This document shows positions 38,623 to 51,149 of a DNA stretch of 64,000 nucleotides, piece after piece. Both the position numbers and the translations under genes were made by a program. The stretch spans positions 160,857-224,856 of the forward strand of contig NW_015165838.1 of NCBI RefSeq assembly GCF_001447785.1, given 5' to 3'. Position 1 is the stretch's first letter. Each line of letters opens with the position of its first letter. The notes under the pieces were generated by a model. That model was not told where the DNA came from. It saw only the letters and a list, made by a program, of their open reading frames with translations, and searched no databases. Origin of the DNA: Gekko japonicus. Its lineage: Eukaryota.

Positions 38623-38816
38623 ATGAACACACATGAAGCTGCCTTATACTGAATCAGACTCTCGGTCCATCAAGGTCAGTATTGCCTACTCAGGCTGGCA
38701 GAGGTCTTTCACACCACCTACTACCTGGTCCTTTTTAACTGGAATTGCTGGGGAATGAACCTGGGATCTTCTACATGCAAAGCAGAGACTCTTCCACTGA
38801 GCCGCAGCCCTTCCCC
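38623..38816 (-). mobile_element. tRNA-derived SINE with a CR1-like tail
   Basis: Minus-strand head GGGAAGGGCTGCGGCTCAGTGG, B box GGTTCATTCC and tail gatggacc...tctgattcagtataaggcagcttcatgtgttcat. Confidence 0.8.
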
Positions 38817-38889
38817 ATAAAAATGACAAATTAGGGGATGATACCAGTACCAAAGGGTTGCTGATAGCGGGGAGTGCTCCACCAAGTAA

Positions 38890-39080
38890 GTGTGTGTATA
38901 TCAAGTCGCTTCCGAATTATGGTGACTCTATGAATTAATGACCTCTAAAATGTCCTACCATTAATAGCCTTGTTTAAGTCTTGCAAACTAAAGGCCACAC
39001 TTCCTTGATTGAGCCAATCCATCGCATGGTGGGTCTTCTTTTCCTATTGCCTTCAAATTTTCCCAGCATTATTGTCTTCG
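38890..39080 (-). mobile_element. RTE/Bov-B-like LINE 3' end; a similar fragment lies at about 49362-49490
   Basis: The minus strand encodes KTIMLGKFEGNRKR-RPTMRWIGSIKE and ends gtcaccataattcggaagcgacttga. Confidence 0.75.
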
Positions 39081-40050
39081 TAAGTACCTGCTGTAGCTCT
39101 TTTTAATCAAAGACCAGCTTGTCTGCCTTTTGTTTGTCCCATGGCTCCCTTCTCCACATTTAAGGACATTCCTACTATAACTGTATTATTGTTACATGTT
39201 TTAATTTTTTTCCTTAGGAAATGGTGTTCTGTAGAACTGTTTCCAGAGTATTAAACACAAGACTGACTTCATTCTTTCAAAGTAAGATTAAAATTAAGAT
39301 TGCTATAAAGGCCAAGAACGAAGCATAAAAACCCATTAAACAAATGCTGTAGAAATCAAAAAGTGCTTGTCCTTAGATAACTAACCCATCTTGATAAACT
39401 GGCATGACAGAGGAAGGAATGTAATTTTATTAATAAACTTCAGCACTTAGAGCATTGCACCCTCCCCTTTCATCCTTTGGATGCTTAGACTTATTGGAAT
39501 CAGTGCTTTTAACAGCTTAGCAACCAGCCATGCTCAGGCCTGACTTACACGTATTTATCAACCCATGACCTTGCATTGCAATTCTAATCTGACATAGTAA
39601 CGTCATTCTATGCCAAAAGCAATGGAAATTTAAAACCCCAAATAATGTGTTCCACTTTATCTAAGAATCCTTTCACACAGTAAGAAATGTGACAGAAAAA
39701 TGGATGTGCCAGTGATTCATGCTTCCATTTTTTATTCTCCTGGGCAATGCGTAAGACAGCAACTTGCATGTCTCTGCACAGCAAGTTGCTCTACAAGAGT
39801 AGGTTTCTTCAGTTCTCCATAGGAAGAGAGTGAAGAGAGCAGGCAGCAACTTATAAACATTATAAATAAATGTCTCTCAAAGGTAATTCAAAATATTCAC
39901 TACAGAGGGGGGGAAATAGTCATCCCACCCATTTTTCTGGCACCAACATACATACTGGCTTGAAATACTCTGAAATTCCAGGTTTATATATTAAAGTTGC
40001 ATAGTTGTGCTCACAGAAAATAAAAGATCAACTCAAGGAACACTGATAGG

Positions 40051-40281
40051 CAGGGCTATTTTGGGGCAGGAACGCACAGGAACGGAGTTCCGGCTGGCTC
40101 CTGAGTTAGCCACGCCCAGCAGGAACTCATTAGCATAACAGGCCACACCCAACAGCAGAAACTCATTAGGATTGACTACATTAGGGGTGTGTGACCTAAT
40201 ATGCTAATGAGTTTCTGCTCTTGGGTGTGGCCTATTATGCTAATGAGTTCCTGCTGGACTTTTTCTACAAAGAAAGCCCTG
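40051..40281. mobile_element. hAT MITE, same family as 6255 and 58878
   Basis: CAGGGCT...AGCCCTG termini; degenerate 8-bp TSD ctgatagg / ctaatcgg. Confidence 0.8.
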
Positions 40282-41929
40282 CTAATCGGCAAACAAAGAG
40301 GCACCTTTTTTTAATTAACAAATTTCCCCTGGCCAGCATCTTTACACATTAGCTGGAGAATGCAGTAGAGAAGTCCATAGCTCCATATCGGGGGAGGGGG
40401 ACGACACATTTAAGGAATATAGCCCAGGTTCACATTCTCTCTCCCGACATATTCCTTTGATCAGTGTATTATTTAACAAGAAGAGCTTTTGGTCTCTTCA
40501 CAACAGTAGCTTCTGCAAGAAAGGCTAGAATAATCTCTCTTTAGTAAACACTGCATCCTCAGTACAGTTAACTTTGATCATACAGACACCTGGACAAACT
40601 ACAGCAACAGCATCCTGCAAGCCTTTTCTAACAGGAAAAACCAGAAAATTCTGGCTTTAGGTCAGACTCTTGTATGCAAGTCAGGAAGTCACACATCTCT
40701 TTAACGAATATAATCTGAATATATGAACAAGGAGTGACAATGAATATCTCCACATACTCAAATACCAAATGTATGTGGAGTTTATGTACCTTACAGAAAC
40801 AGATGAAAATATTCCTTTCTTTGTACAATACCCAGAAGTGTGAGTCACACACTCCTCCCCCTCAACCCCCATTGTACAAAGTCGATCCACAAGCCAATTC
40901 TATACTACAGTTTATTCTAAATGTGCAGATCCAAGACTCCTTTATAAATCAGCAAGGCTTTAAAACACCAGTCCCCAAACCACCAAAATTTCATTTGATG
41001 CCTAACTTAATTTAGGCATCAAATTTAATTTTGAAGAGAATGACAAAATTAACACAATAAAATTAACAATATACAGGACATTTAATTTCTCCTGTGAAAA
41101 TCAGCATCTCCCTATGCCCCCAAATTTCAACTACTTATAAATATGAAATAGAGAGATAACTGATTTAAGGGTAGAGGAGAGAAACCAAGCAGCCAGGAAC
41201 TATGAAAAATACATTCTGCCCAATACCATACCAAATGCCATTTGGGAACCTTTCTGGGATTCCTGCAAACACTCTTGTTTATCATATTAAACCCATACAC
41301 CACCATAAAGTGATGGTGACATCCAAACTTGTGGGGAGATTGGGAAGAGTCTCCAATGCAATACAAGAAACTGCAGTTAGAAAAGAATAGCAAACCCTTG
41401 TGTATATTCAAAAGCATTATGAACAGCTATAGGACTCTCTGGAACCCAGACCAAATGCAAGTGTCTTATCTAAAACCACACTTTGAAGAATACATGGGTA
41501 CACTCATTTTGGAACTAGAATCTAGCGTTATCACTGCACATACTGTGGATAAATATGTGTGTGAATGAAACCCACCCTATGCCCAATGTAGTGTTAAAAT
41601 CTGCTCCAAGGGGGCACTTCTCATGTATGTGTAAGGCTCACTATCTCCCCAGTCCCTATTTTGGGCTTTAGAGGTAGTTTGTGTCAGAGCAGTCGACAAG
41701 TGATTTTTCTCTAGGAATTCTTTCTCCAATCAGGTATTCAATTTTACAGGCAGTAACTCACAAGGACTTGTGGGGTGAATCTTATTTCCTTCTCCCTCAC
41801 TATTTTCATTGTCCCTTCCTTGAACGACCCCATAGCTTCTCCTTTTCCTACCTCTTTCTCTCCTTTCTATTCTCTGAACAACCTACCTTTATTTCTTCCC
41901 TGTCTTCAGTTGTTGGGGGTGGGGGATTT

Positions 41930-42155
41930 TGCGTATGTGCATTTCCATGCCTGGAAGTTATGGTGACTTCTGGTGACCCCTAGTGGGGCTTGGACATTTC
42001 AAAATGGCGGCATGCTATTGCCTACTTTTGCATCCTGGCCCTGGTATTCCTTGGAAGTCTCCCTTCCGAAGTTCCGAGTACTTGCCAGGGTCAAGCCCTG
42101 CTTAGCTTCCAAGATCTGATGAGATCAGGCTTGCCTAGGCTATCCAGGTCAGGGC
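41930..42155 (-). mobile_element. 5S rRNA-derived SINE (SINE3-type) with an RTE-like tail
   Basis: The minus strand reads gcctgatctcatcagatcttggaagctaagcagggc...ctggcaagtactcgga...gggagacttccaaggaataccagg, matching 5S rRNA including the internal promoter A and C boxes. Confidence 0.82.
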
Positions 42156-43029
42156 CTGTCTTCAGTTTTCTACCCTTCCCTACCCCAGACATCATCTACC
42201 CAAAGAACTATAGCCCTTGCATGGAGCTCAGCACCAATGTTTGCCTCCCCTCACATGGGACTTGCCATGGAGGGCCTCGGCTGTGCAGGGCCTTGCCGTT
42301 GGCCTCGCCTAGTGCAGGACTCAGGCCAGGCATCATCACCTGCCTGGCCTGGTGCAGGGCTTAGTCAGGCTGGATGCCTTTTGCCTCACCTTGTCCCAGG
42401 CTTGGGCTGGGCAGGGCACCACAGTATGGCTTGCTTGGAACGGAGGTCAGCTGGGTGCCAGTTTGTACTTTGTCTTGAGGGGCTGAGCCAAGTGCCTCCA
42501 CCGCCCTCAATCTGCATCTCGCACGGAGCTCTGGTGGGCCAAGCTCTATGTCCCCTGCCTCGCTTCAGGCTGGCTGGCTGCCACCAGTTCCACCTTGTGT
42601 GAGGGTTGGGTGGATCAGGGTCAGCCCTCCTGTCGGAAGGCTGGCTGGCCCTGGTTGGAGGCAGGCCATCAGGCCTCCAGGTGATCTCAGTTGCCAATTT
42701 GCCCCTGCCTGTGAGGTAAGTTAGGCTGAGAATGTGTAACTGGCCCAAGGTGAGTGTCCAGGGCAGAATGGACATTTGAGATCCTACTCTGAAACTCTAT
42801 CCACTATACCACATCAAAGTTCATGTGGAGGCTGCTGCTGAATAGTAGCAAGCAGCTAGGCCTAGGTCAGTGATGCAAGTTGGGTACAATACAAGCAAGG
42901 CATCCGGCCTGGCCCCAATGAGTCCTCCCTCCAGCAGTTATAGCACAGTGTATTTAAAGAGCCAGCTGCCTGGTTCATTTTACCTGACTGTGTGCTCCTG
43001 TTCATGACAATGGTTGAATTGGATTGCTC

Positions 43030-43412
43030 TAGGGTTGCCAAGTCTTACTTGTGTCCTGGTGGGGAGCTCCATCCCGGCTCCTGGAGTCTTCTGGTGTGCC
43101 TGACATGCCAGGCATGATGATGTCACCCAGAAGTGACGCCATTGTGCCAAACACATCATTCAGGGGACGCAAATGCTAGAGTAGCATTTGGGTAAAAAAT
43201 CTAAGGTCATCATAGAGTTTACCCAAATGCTAGAGCATTCCCCACGCAACATGCACAGTGCAATTACATCACTTCCAGGTGACATCTTTGCACCAGGCAT
43301 GTTGAGCACACCAGGGTTCCTTGGGGGCAGGGTTCCCCCTGCCAATCAGCAGCAAACTGGGGCCCTTGAAAGCAAGAAAAACCCTGCCCCCATCAAGGGA
43401 GTGGCAACCCTA
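43030..43412. mobile_element. hAT (Blackjack-like) palindromic MITE
   Basis: TAGGGTTGCCA / TGGCAACCCTA termini; degenerate TSD gattgctc / cactgctc. Confidence 0.82.
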
Positions 43413-43624
43413 CACTGCTCCCTCAAAGACCAAAATATCCCTTCAAAAGCCCCTACTCCTATCCTTGCTTTTTACTAACAGACATCAATCCTGTTGTGAT
43501 TGCCTAGCAACGGTCACTGAGGGAATCTGTTTTTCAAAGCAACAGGCACTCATTTTATCATGGGAGGGGCCTTTAACCTCCTTATTTTTAAAAAGATTTC
43601 GGCACTCATTTTATCATGGGGGGG

Positions 43625-44090
43625 TAGGCTTGCCAAGTCCTCCCAGGGGGCGGGGAAACCCCCGCCCCAGAGTTCCATTCCCCGCCACCGCCAGGTCGGG
43701 CCCCGGGGGGAGCTCCACCCCGACGTGCACGTCACCAGGAAGTGACGCGATCACGCGGGGCACACTGGGGGCGGGGCCATGACCATCTGAGGGAAAACAT
43801 GTCCTCTCTAGAACAGCTATATTTGCATCTGGTAGTACCTTAGAGATTAACCAGATTTTCAGGATGTAAACTTTCAAGAGTCAAAGCTCCTCTTGTCAGA
43901 TACCTCTCTAGGTATCCCCAAAAACTTTATGGTTTTACCACGGAGTTTTCAGTAATCCATAGAGAATTAGGATGTTACTTCCAGGGATTCCCCAGAAGTG
44001 ATGTCACACCATCACCAATCCCCACCCCCTGGGCATTCAGCACCACTCCCCCATTTCCCACTGGTTGCCAGGCCAGGCCTGTCAATACTA
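43625..44090. mobile_element. hAT (Blackjack-like) MITE carrying a nested Penelope fragment
   Basis: Starts taggcttgccaag, has ggaagtgacgcg/gaagtgatgtc internal motifs and a degenerate right TIR. Confidence 0.65.
43812..43902. mobile_element. Penelope-like terminal-repeat fragment with 9-bp TSD CCTCTCTAG
   Basis: gtagtaccttagagattaacc...ctttcaagagtcaaagctcc...gtcagatac resembles reptile Penelope repeats; TSD at 43803-43811 and 43903-43911. Confidence 0.7.
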
Positions 44091-45129
44091 GCCTCAGGAA
44101 TTCTTCCCCTGCACATTAAGGTTTCTGATATCTAACATTCTTAGGTTTATTGCCGGAGCAGGCATAATTCACAGCTTTTATTGGAGCTTTGCCGATTTAG
44201 GCCATAGCTCCAGACATTACAATAGTATAGTAATTTCTTAAACTTAGATCAAGGTGAGATCAGTATCTGTGACCTAAGGCAGAGATGTAAATAAGAGGCC
44301 TCGTTTTAGATAACCTGCTGCCATCATTAGGTACACATTCCTTGAAAAATTGTTCAACCTTTCTCTCCTGGTAAAAAAAAAACACCCTGGATGCAGTCTG
44401 GAGCCAATAGTAATTACTATAGTCTCCAAACTGGAGCTATTCTGTAACAATATTGTTTGACCACTGAGGAAGGTCAACTGACTGAAACGCATTTGCTCAT
44501 GGTCAATAAAAGTCCATCTTTGGGATTAATGTACAGTTTTATTCTGGAGGCTATTACTTGGGCCTATATTTGTTTATTGAATTTGTAATAAATACATGTA
44601 TATTTTATACATTTGATAATATTTATGTTTTAACTTTAGTCACAGAACTATTGAGCCCTTATATTTTGATTTCCTTAACCTTTTGGTTATTAATTTGATG
44701 CACTTTCAACCCACTTTAGCAATAGTTTGCAAGTGGTTTTTACCATTTCCCACAGTAAAATCTAGTTGCAAAGTGCATTGAAAGTGGACTGACTGCGTTA
44801 TTCAGCATGTGAGAAAACTAGGATCAAACTCTAAAATAAAAGAAGGGTCCAGAACCACTGGAGGGCTTCCATTTCCAAGGAAAAGAACCACACAATTGAC
44901 CCTGCCCACAATGGTGCATAACAGAAACAGTGTTAAAGTGGCTCCCATGGCAAAGTAACAAGTAAAAAATACCCTATAAAGCCCTAAATATATGTTTCTC
45001 TTTAGCCATAATTCTATATGGATCTTAAGAACCCAGAAAGGCTTTAGCATAAATTATTAACCCTAAGGACTAATATTATGTTATATGTTAAAAGCAAAAC
45101 ACAGAAGCTATACCAGATTTTCTTGAATA

Positions 45130-45215
45130 AGTAGAACAAATTCAGAGTCCAGTGGCACCTTTAAGATCAACAAAGTTTTATTTGAGGTATGAGCTTTCGT
45201 GTGCACACATACTTC
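45130..45215. mobile_element. Penelope-like terminal-repeat fragment
   Basis: gagtccagtggcacctttaagatcaacaaagttttatt...gagctttcgtgtgcacac. Confidence 0.7.
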
Positions 45216-45584
45216 AATAGGCTACCCAAGCCTCAAAAATTAAATTTACCCTGAAAGTGGTTTCATAGAATTTTTCTTAAAATAAATGATTGTAAGACCA
45301 ACCAAGGTTACAAATACGGACATGTTTTCCCTTCGCATAAACTAACTTTAAAAGCGTAAAAGGATTGTTTGCTTAGCTCCTACCATTACATGGGGCTATA
45401 AATCTGAAGGGATTTTATCATTTGTTTCATTGGATGTTCTGCCTGAAAATCAATGGCATGATAAGACAAAAAATATGGAGTGTTGCTTTACTCATTTGTT
45501 GAAGGAAAAATCAATTTCATGATTCTTTCCCTTGGCCGTTGATATTTGCAGAAACATTAATGGCAAAACATAAGGTGGACACAT

Positions 45585-46759
45585 TGTCACAGACACGCCA
45601 AACCAACCTCTGAACCTCCACAAACCATGCCCTCATGAAGCCAGGCTTGGCTTAAACAGTGGCTTTTGCTGAGAGACTAAGAGAATCTCATTTTGGCTTA
45701 AACACAGGCCAAGTGAAGTCCACGGGTCTAGCTGCACTGTCAAGCATCCTCCATGTGAGCAACCCACCCCCTTCTATCAGATCAGTTCATAATAGAATGG
45801 TCAAATCTCTGCTCTTGCCTCAGGCATCTTCTACTGACCAAATGGTCAGTCTTTTGTCTGTCAAATGCATAAGCAGGCAGGGACAAAGGGTTTCTTGCCC
45901 CCAAATCCTGTCCCAACTGTATGTCAGGAAATACCTTCTGGATAATCCTCTCATTCCTGTCTCTAAATCTTTGTCTAAATATCAGCATTCTTACACCTAT
46001 GCTATAACTCATCATGTCTAGTGAATAGTCACCCATTCAGCTTCATCCCACCACACATTAAGAAACCTCAACTCCATTGTCTGGCACCTAGGCAACACCG
46101 GATCATGCCACTGTTCCATAATGGGACTCCCATCAACCCACTGTGAAACTAGCTACCACACTTAAGCATACTCTCAGGATACTTTTGGGGTATAAACAAA
46201 TCCAGTCCCACACAGGCATGGTGTGATTGGGCTGGGCGTGCACAAAGCCATCACCCATGATTATAACTCAGGTCGAGCCCATGCACCTCCTCCCTACAAC
46301 TTCTGGACCTCACCACCTCTACAGGATAGGTATAGTATTACCCCAATCTCCCCATCCCCTCTATCTGTCAGCTAACTCCTTTTGTTTCTCCACTTCCACA
46401 CTGTCATTTTTGTCACTCATTTGTCCCTATTGCTTTGGGTTCCTCCCCCCCTTTCCCACATGTGTTTTGCTCCCTCTGGGACTACTAGAGAGAGTAAAAC
46501 ACATTGGAGGGGAAAACCCTGAAGCAAACAACTGACAAAAATGACAATGCGGAAGTGGCCCTTGTATGCTTGCAGTCCTTGATTTGAATGTAAATATCTA
46601 AATTATTATTTCTCTTAATAAAATTCAGTTTGTCCATAATTTGGACTAGTTATTGACTCAACCAGAGGTCTAAAGGGGACTCTGTAAACACTGATAGCAG
46701 GTCCTCACTTTACCCCAGCCTCTCGCTAGCCCTGACTTCGTCGCTAATTTCCCCAATCA
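45585..46759 (+). mobile_element. LTR-like element, boundaries approximate
   Basis: gggtataaa TATA near 46190, AATAAA near 46617, and end ctaatttccccaatca. No TSD identified. Confidence 0.4.
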
Positions 46760-46809
46760 AACTAAAGGCAATAATTTATTTTATAAAACTGGTAGGGGTA
46801 ATAACATAC

Positions 46810-47001
46810 CTCATTTTATGTAAATTGAATTTGCCATGGAAGGTGTCCAAGACTTCACATTTCTCGGAGGAGGAAGCAGATCTGGACAAGCTTGTTCTTT
46901 TACTTCCTGGCGGAAACCTTTGCTCAGACTCAGCTGAACTGTTTTCCCAGGAATCATCATCTGTGGTGAAATCTGTGTTATGAACAGCCATGCATCTTAC
47001 C
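46810..47001 (-). CDS. OCA2: OCA2 exon 4 equivalent: VRCMAVHNTDFTTDDDSWENSSAESEQRFPPGSKRTSLSRSASSSEKCEVLDTFHGKFNLHKM(R)
   Basis: 192 nt, ttttacag| and |gtatgt, phase 2/2. Resembles human EFITAEESWEDSSADWERR...SASSEKGDLLD. Confidence 0.94.
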
Positions 47002-47189
47002 CTGTAAAACATTATTGGCAAACATCAGTGCACACCATTTTTTGATACCGGGCCTGTCAGCAGTATTAAGAATCCGAGACACCAAACAGCAGCAAAGGTT
47101 AAGGATACTAAACTTTTGAGAACAGAACTATGCCCACTACAACTCAGCAAGGAGCTTATCTAGTAAGGCAGAAACCCAAATGACTCGTG

Positions 47190-47605
47190 AGTATGGTTGC
47201 CAGCTCTGGGTTGAGAAATACCTGGATATTTGAGGGGTGGACCCTGGAGAGGGGCCTCAGCTAGGTTTAATGCCATAGTGTCCACCAGTTAGGGTTGCCA
47301 GGTCCCCCGGCTACCTGTGGGGAATGGGGGGTAGGGAGATTTGCGGATGGAGCCTGCAGAGGGACCCCAGTGGGGTATAATGCCATGAGTACACCCTCCA
47401 AAGCATTCATTTTCTCCAGGGGCACTGATCTCCCTAGTTTGGAGTTAAGCTGTAATTCAGGAGGATCCCCAGGTCCCACATGGAGTCTGGCATCGCTAGC
47501 TCTACTTCCAAAGCAGCCATTTTCTCCAGGGGTGCTAACTATTTTGTCTGAAGATCAAATAATGCCAGGAAATCCCTACGCCCAACCTGGAGGTTGGCAA
47601 CCATA
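47190..47605. mobile_element. Cluster of hAT (Blackjack-like) MITE pieces
   Basis: Repeated GGTTGCCA / TGGCAACC termini and the shared cattttctccagggg...gatc interior. Confidence 0.7.
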
Positions 47606-48290
47606 CTGGAAAGAATTCTGCGATGGGAAAAACAAGAGGGGGACTGTAGAAAGAGAGTTTGTAGAATGAGTTGAGCATGGGTGAAGTACTTTTTAGGCAG
47701 AAAATTAGTTTCACCATCTTGTCTGGTGAAGTAATATTTCCTTGCCATGTTCTTAAGCTTAACGCACCAATTCTTAGTATATACATTTATTTCATGTATT
47801 TCCTAATGTCTTGTAATTAAATTGCCCACACTTTAAACATGACTGGGGAATAGGAATCCTCTCGTTTGCTTCACAGTAGAGCAGCAACCAAAAATATATT
47901 GCATTCCATAAGAGTATGGGGCTGGGAGAACCTCTCTCATAACCATCATTAAGAGGAACAACCTTGAAGTGAGTGCTTAAGCAAGGAAACCTATATTTGT
48001 CTAGGATCAGTTAAGGTTCATGTCCTCAGCACACTGCAAGCTGATCTCCTGATAAATTCTCCTTCATTTCAAGAGAAGACTGTTCTAGAAGGAACAAAAA
48101 TCACTCCAAGCTGAAGAAACTTACGCCCAATACAAACCATATTTCTTTTTAACAAGCCCTTCGCTCACGTTGTCTATGGGCCCTCCACATGAAGGATGCT
48201 GAAAAGCACATCCTTGGAACAGCATTCCATATGGGGCTTTGATACTTATAAGCCTCTCAACACTATCTGCTAGAGCTAATTTAGCACAAT

Positions 48291-48478
48291 TAGGGTTGCC
48301 AATCTCCAGGTGCAGTCTGGAAATCTCCAGAAATCACTACTGGTCTTCAGTCTACACAGATCAGCTCACTGTAGAAAACAGGTGCTCTGGAAGGTGAACT
48401 GTGCAGCATCCTACCCTACTGAGGTCCCTCCCCTCCCCAAATCTCCAGGAATTTCCCAATCCAAAATTGGCAGCCCTA
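48291..48478. mobile_element. hAT (Blackjack-like) MITE
   Basis: TAGGGTTGCCAA...TTGGCAGCCCTA termini. Confidence 0.75.
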
Positions 48479-48740
48479 CACCACATATTCCTATTGGCTC
48501 TGATGGTCCTAGCATGGAAAGCTTCCAGATCATTCACAGACCATTCCAGACCATCATATATACACAGTATTCCCCTCTCAGATGCATGTAGCACCAACCA
48601 TGCAGAAGAGATTTTCAGAATGGAGACTTTAAGTGTACAATATAGGGAAAAAAGACTTAAAATGAGAGATGTGCAATCAGAAATTTACCATTCAGGATTA
48701 ACACATACTGAGGTCTTAATATGAATTACAAATTTCCTAC

Positions 48741-48839
48741 CCATTTTCTTCAGAGGAAACTTTCAACAGAGGTGTTCTTTCTGTAAAAGAGCTGTCTTTA
48801 GATCTTGTGCAGAAGAATTTGGGCAAACTAAAATGGTAC
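48741..48839 (-). CDS. OCA2: OCA2 exon equivalent to human exon 3: (R)YHFSLPKFFCTRSKDSSFTERTPLLKVSSEEN(G)
   Basis: 99-nt exon with ttttaag| acceptor and |gtagga donor, phase 2/2. The peptide resembles human SHSSLPQ...RSKDSCFTENTPLL and includes the acidic dileucine sorting motif. Confidence 0.93.
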
Positions 48840-50540
48840 CTTAAAAAAAAAAGAAAACAAATAGTTAATCTTAATTGTAATCACCTCCTAAAACTATATA
48901 CTAAAGAGAGTATATTAACTCATTAGATATTAGATTAATTAAGTAACTTCAGGGGATGTGCAACTGCTGGGAAGCAAAATTATGTCAGTTGTTCACTTTG
49001 GACTTCTCTTTATGATTTTAGGAAAACTGAGGTTGCCAGGACACTGTCCAGTACCTCAAGTGCTTTGGGGAGCAAGGCAAGGGACAGACAATGTCACACA
49101 ACACATTAAAATTAAATTAAATTTAAAAATTAATTAATTAATTCCAAAAACCCAGCTTTTTTTGGCCAATCATCCATCAGTGGCCTGGTTCTGACTGGAC
49201 ATCTGATTAGATATTGGACTGCTTGACATCTGATCTCTCTGTTTACATGGTATTTTATATGATATGATATTATGTGCAAATTGCTACTTTAACATTATTT
49301 TAATTGTTGTACGCCCCCTGAGCCCATTTGAGGAAGGCGGTATATAAATCTAATTAAATAAATGTCCTATCGTTAACAGCCTTGCTCAGGTCTTGCAAAC
49401 TGAAGGCCATGGATTGGTTTATTGAATCAATCCATTTTATGTTGGGTCTTTCTCTTTTCCTGCTATCTTCCACTTTTCCTAGCACTTTTTAAAGTTACCC
49501 CTCCTCATTTTGGAAGGCAAACAGCCCCCTGTCCTTTCCCACAGCTCAGACAATGCTTGGAATAAACATTGCTTATTCCTTCTAAGCTGTTTTGGGCAAG
49601 GGACTGATGTAGGAGGGGGGTGCTTTCAAGATGTTTGCGATGGGGTCCCACTAAAGCTCCAAATTCTTTAGAATATGAATTAAGAGAGATGTCTGCTAGT
49701 ATTCTATGGTTAACAGCTCTTTCTTTTGGCAATGTCTGCACCTACACAGAAGTTACTGTTAAAGTTTGGGGAAATTATTCTCCTCCTGGTTTAAAAATCA
49801 CCCTGTTCCGCAACTGTGGCTGTTTACCTTAATTTGTAGAATCTAAACTGTAGCCAGGGCTGTCCCTGACTTGTAGATTGTTGCCCATTCTCCAAATTTA
49901 TGCAACTCCCCATCCAGAGATTATACCTCTTGCTTATGAAGCAGTAGTGTCAACTCAGTATGACTTGTCAGTTTACAAAACTAGAATAATCCTGTCATTC
50001 ACACTATAGCATTGCCTTGATGGTTTTATGTCCTATTCAAAACACTTTTTTTTCATTGCAGCCACTAACAGGGTCAGGCACATTGAAAAACATCTTATAA
50101 TTATGGTAACATAAATAGACCAGTTTTAAAAACAGTTACCTGGTCCTGTTTTGTGGCTCAGAATAATTCTTCCTCCCATGTATTCCAGCACTGAGAGCAT
50201 TTTGTCCTAGAGCACTGCTTGTCACCAAGGGCCAAACTAGACACGACAGCATCAATGGGTCCAACACCATGGGCATGACGTTAATTTCAAGGAAAACCCT
50301 GAAAGTTGTCATGCCTCTTTAGGAATTGCTGAAAACTCTATGGTAAAAACCATAGGGCTGTAGGTGTTTCCTACGGAGGCCTAAGGTCACTTCCAGGAAA
50401 ACCCTGTAAGTGATGCCAGTCCTTTCCTGGAAGTGATGTCATGCAATTGCTGATGGCTGCCACCCATGCCCCCCCCATCTCCTGCTGGTTGCCAGCATTT
50501 TAAAATCACTTAAAAATGGCAGCAGCATCTGCGGATTAAA

Positions 50541-50862
50541 TAGGGTTGCCAAGTCCAAAAGACAAGCCAGCAGGGGACTTACTAGGATGCTCCTGCAGAG
50601 GGGAGGGAAAACACACACTGTGCCTACATCACCTCCAGGTAACATACGCACATCGGTGATGGCAGGGGGTGGCACACTGGTTTTTGGGCAAAAATCCAGA
50701 GCATTGCCCCACGATGTCACTGACATGCCTACATCATTTCCAGGTGACATAGGCACATCAAGTTTAGGTTGGTAACGCTCTCCCACCGGTCAGTTGGCTG
50801 GCGCAAGGGGAGCACTGGAAACTGGCAGTTCCCCCATGCACCAGGGGGACCTGGCAACCCTA
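50541..50862. mobile_element. hAT (Blackjack-like) MITE with TSD ggattaaa / ggatcaaa
   Basis: Perfect TAGGGTTGCCA / TGGCAACCCTA termini and a 7/8 TSD match. Confidence 0.85.
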
Positions 50863-51149
50863 GGATCAAACCTGTGCATACCCTCAAATAGTTTGACCCA
50901 CAGTCTTTTATTTTTCCTAAGCTACCCCTCTTCCATTAAGCTACCCCTCTAACTCTCAGAAGATACCAATCAGCCCAAAGGAATGTTGGCTGTTTGATAT
51001 AAACTGCACACTCATCAAATGTTGTAGATACTTTCCCTGCAACTATTCTAAAAATACTTTAAAAGTAGGTCGATAAACAATTACTATAATTTTTGCTGTC
51101 ATTTATATTTAAAAGTAGGACTATTGCCTTGTGGCATAAAACCCAGTGT

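Noticed and set aside
42038-42155. 5S rRNA gene
   Set aside because: Too diverged, contains an insertion, and is fused to a SINE body.
50140-50206. Exon-like segment on the minus strand (tag|...CAG|gtaact) 1.3 kb upstream of exon 3
   Set aside because: It has no polypyrimidine tract, its 67 nt would frameshift between phase-2 exons, and it shows no similarity to the OCA2 exon 2 peptide.
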